A stretch of 63,833 nucleotides of DNA, filler included, from Chiloscyllium plagiosum (Eukaryota), in the NCBI RefSeq assembly GCF_004010195.1. It is 4 parts of one record of this genome, joined end to end, with 100 filler letters (N's around TTAATTAATTAA, not from the genome) between each part and the next. Parts side by side here need not be neighbours in the genome. Positions count along the whole stretch, not along the records: positions 50,454 to 63,833 come from NC_057715.1; 3 more parts are not named here. One strand, 5' to 3'. Each line of letters begins with the position of its first letter. The first letter of the stretch is position 1. The position numbers and the translations under genes were made by a program. Under the pieces are notes generated by a model. The model was given only the letters and a program-made list of their open reading frames with translations. It searched no databases and had not been told where the DNA came from. This document shows positions 61,780 through 63,833 of this stretch, in pieces.

Positions 61780-62060
61780 ATCCTGCGCAGCCACCCAAAA
61801 CAAAACAGACGCCTCGCTGTATTTATTACCGGTCCTTTGATAAATTGGACTGCTGGAGTGGAGCAGGCATTTGCTCCTATCTGCTCAGCTTTACTTGTCA
61901 GATGCAATATGATGTTTTTTTTCCTTTCCTTAGCAGGAGGGCTTCTTTCAGCATTGTTGGGGACCACTTCAGGGCTGCAGTTATTGGTCCCCTTGCACCC
62001 CAATGTTTCTTCTTTCTTCATGTGATTTACCTGACAGTTTTTACCAGCAAGGTTTGAAAA
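61780..62060. promoter_or_regulatory. Candidate conserved developmental enhancer (Pbx-Hox, Meis and TCF motifs)
   Basis: No repeat recognised. CCTTTGAT overlaps TGATAAAT (61834-61845); TTGTCA ~61895-61900; TGATTTAC abuts CTGACAG (62023-62037). Based on motifs only. Confidence 0.4.
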
Positions 62061-62475
62061 AGAAGCCTAAATGTTTTGTTCTGGTTGAAATAGGGAAGTT
62101 GCCTATTGAGGGGCAGCAGCTGCCTGTAACCTATTCAGAAAACAGGCACAGTTTCAGATAAAGGGTCAAAATCAATGACTTTCCCATTGAGTCTTCTAGT
62201 TATGGGTTCCTTTAGCTGCTAAACCTCTTGCTTTGTTTCTTCATGGGAATTTTATGAATTTCACTTTGGAGGTAAATAGAGCTGCAGCAGGAAGAGAAAT
62301 AAATTAGGCATAATTCAACTGGAAAGCACAAGAGGAGCTGAATTACCTTTTCCTTTTTTTTCCCCTTGTCTGTCTATTTGTATTGTTTAAAAACAGACCA
62401 AGTTATCACTTAGAAAATGCATATTATTTTTCCAGCTGGTGAGTGAATAAGAGAAAAAAGCCGTGTTCAAAATCT

Positions 62476-62600
62476 GCTCTGCTGACGAGTCATCTAGACT
62501 CAAAATGTTAGCTTGATCTCTCTCCACAGATGTTAGCTGACCCACTGTGATTTCCAGTCTTTTTTGGTTTCAGTATAGATTTCAGCATCTAGAATTTGCT
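62476..62600 (+). mobile_element. Old PLE terminus with a degenerate hammerhead-like motif
   Basis: CTGCTGA-C-GAGTC-ATCTA-GACTC-AAAATGTT, then a CTCTCCACAGATG...TTCCAG tail. Confidence 0.65.
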
Positions 62601-63281
62601 CCTCCAATGCATTCAAATTCAGTTAGTTCAATAAAAAAAAATCCAGTTGCATAATTACATCAAAATAACAAAAACACTGAATTATCCCATATCAGTAGGT
62701 TGCATTATTTCATTTTAATGGAATAACTATCCTACCAAGGCATAACCTTAACTTAGTCTTTTCCCAATGTTTCTCAGTTTCAGAAGGTTGTGGACACTTA
62801 ATTGTCTTTTAGGTATTTGTACCTTTCTACTTATTTCCCATATATCAAGCAAACTGAGATCAAAGGATGTTCCAGCAATATAAATGAGAGATTTTTTTCA
62901 ACAACTTGTTTCACCATTGTTTCTGTAGGTGTTATTGTGGCTTCTGCTACAATGGAATGAGATTGATGTTACAGACATATGTCAAAAATAACCCACATCA
63001 ACATTTCTAATATAGGTTTATCAGGGTTAATTACAATGAAATTCTTGGGAAGAAACAGTGATATATTTAGCCAGAAGCATTCAGCATCAGAATAGCTGCA
63101 CGTGCTGTTAAAACATGGGTCAATTTCCCTTATTTATCTTCATAACAGACTTTGTCTGCAGATGCACATATATCTGGTAGGAACACGTGTGCAAAAGGTA
63201 CAAGTAATTTTCAATACACCTCAAACACCGCACAGACTGTCCCCTCTTGGTGCAAGATCCAATTAAATAGCGGATGTACAA

Positions 63282-63773
63282 ATGCTCACCTTGAAGAAGT
63301 TTTCCTCCTCTCTCTACAAGAATCTCAGGGAATCCCTCTCCCACTATAACTCCCACATTTCCTCTGCCCTGAAGCTCTTCAACCATGTCCTGAAACAAAC
63401 TCGCTACCACAGCCACATCTGCTTCCTCAGTGCCTGCCTCCATAACCAACTCATCCCACACGGACTCCGGACCACCTTTAAACCAGCAGAGTTCAGACCC
63501 GAACAGGACAAACAGTACAGACTACAGATTCAAAAACACCAGCAACAGTTCTCCTTCAAGATCCTCCGCTCCACGCTTGCAGCAATGCGCCGGCACCTAA
63601 CCTCTCTACAGTCTGCCCTGCCTCAGCTGAGGGCCACACTCTCTCAGAATTGCAAAGGACCCACTCTGTACTACATCATCAGGAGAATTCATACTCTCAA
63701 CAAACAGTATTTCAACTCCATCTCAAACATCAAAAACTGTAAAAGATTTTACTGCTCCTCAGATGCTGCCTGA
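63282..63773 (+). CDS. PLE ORF N-terminal domain (ATG-initiated, open), cut at ~63744 by a pseudo-LTR piece
   Basis: RYHSHICFLSACLHNQLIPHGL matches the H..FL..C....LIP.G pattern of PLE N-terminal domains. The last residues (RFYCSSDAA) come from the pseudo-LTR. Confidence 0.7.
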   Translation: MLTLKKFSSSLYKNLRESLSHYNSHISSALKLFNHVLKQTRYHSHICFLSACLHNQLIPHGLRTTFKPAEFRPEQDKQYRLQIQKHQQQFSFKILRSTLAAMRRHLTSLQSALPQLRATLSQNCKGPTLYYIIRRIHTLNKQYFNSISNIKNCKRFYCSSDAA

Positions 63774-63833
63774 ACTGCTGTGCTCTTCCAGCACCGCTAA
63801 TCCAGAATCTGGTTTCCAGCATCTGCAGTCATT
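63745..63833 (+). mobile_element. PLE pseudo-LTR 3' piece; runs off the window edge
   Basis: Near-identical to 33638-33726. Confidence 0.9.

Noticed and set aside
61666..62025. 119-aa ORF after a good splice acceptor, containing TGAGKSS (P-loop-like)
   Set aside because: It lacks the first Gly/Ala of [AG]x4GK[ST], has no recognisable NTPase context, and is mirrored by an equally long antisense ORF. A non-coding element fits better; RNA-seq would settle it.

Overview
Vertebrate genomic DNA, very probably an elasmobranch (shark or ray). This is inferred from HE1/V-SINE-type SINEs, SacSINE1/DeuSINE-like SINEs and esterase-ORF1 CR1 LINEs. The window is a draft assembly with N gaps and three artificial 44N-TTAATTAATTAA-44N linkers. 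I recognise no host protein-coding exon; it looks like a gene desert or a large intron. Most ORFs in the track are decayed transposon fragments or products of low-complexity sequence. Contents: many CR1 LINE copies (two retain their 5' ends with zinc-finger plus SGNH-esterase ORF1), often nested; at least 8 HE1-like SINEs; DeuSINE-like and other tRNA-derived SINEs; many Penelope-like element (PLE) fragments (GIY-YIG, RT, N-terminal ORF, and short, often inverted terminal repeats with TSDs); a fossil PIF/Harbinger transposase; a fossil Gypsy pol; a ~6 kb G/T-rich degenerate ~31-32 bp satellite; and several repeat-free, transcription-factor-motif-rich stretches that may be conserved enhancers. 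The most notable signals are: (1) a minimal hammerhead-ribozyme-like core in the PLE termini, with stem II covarying between families; (2) a PLE terminal fragment that starts exactly at the predicted cleavage site; (3) a TSD-flanked PLE insertion carrying inverted host satellite DNA; and (4) a Pbx-Hox/Meis/TCF motif cluster near 61.8-62.0 kb. I found no convincing wholly new protein-coding system. Repeat boundaries were judged by eye and are approximate.
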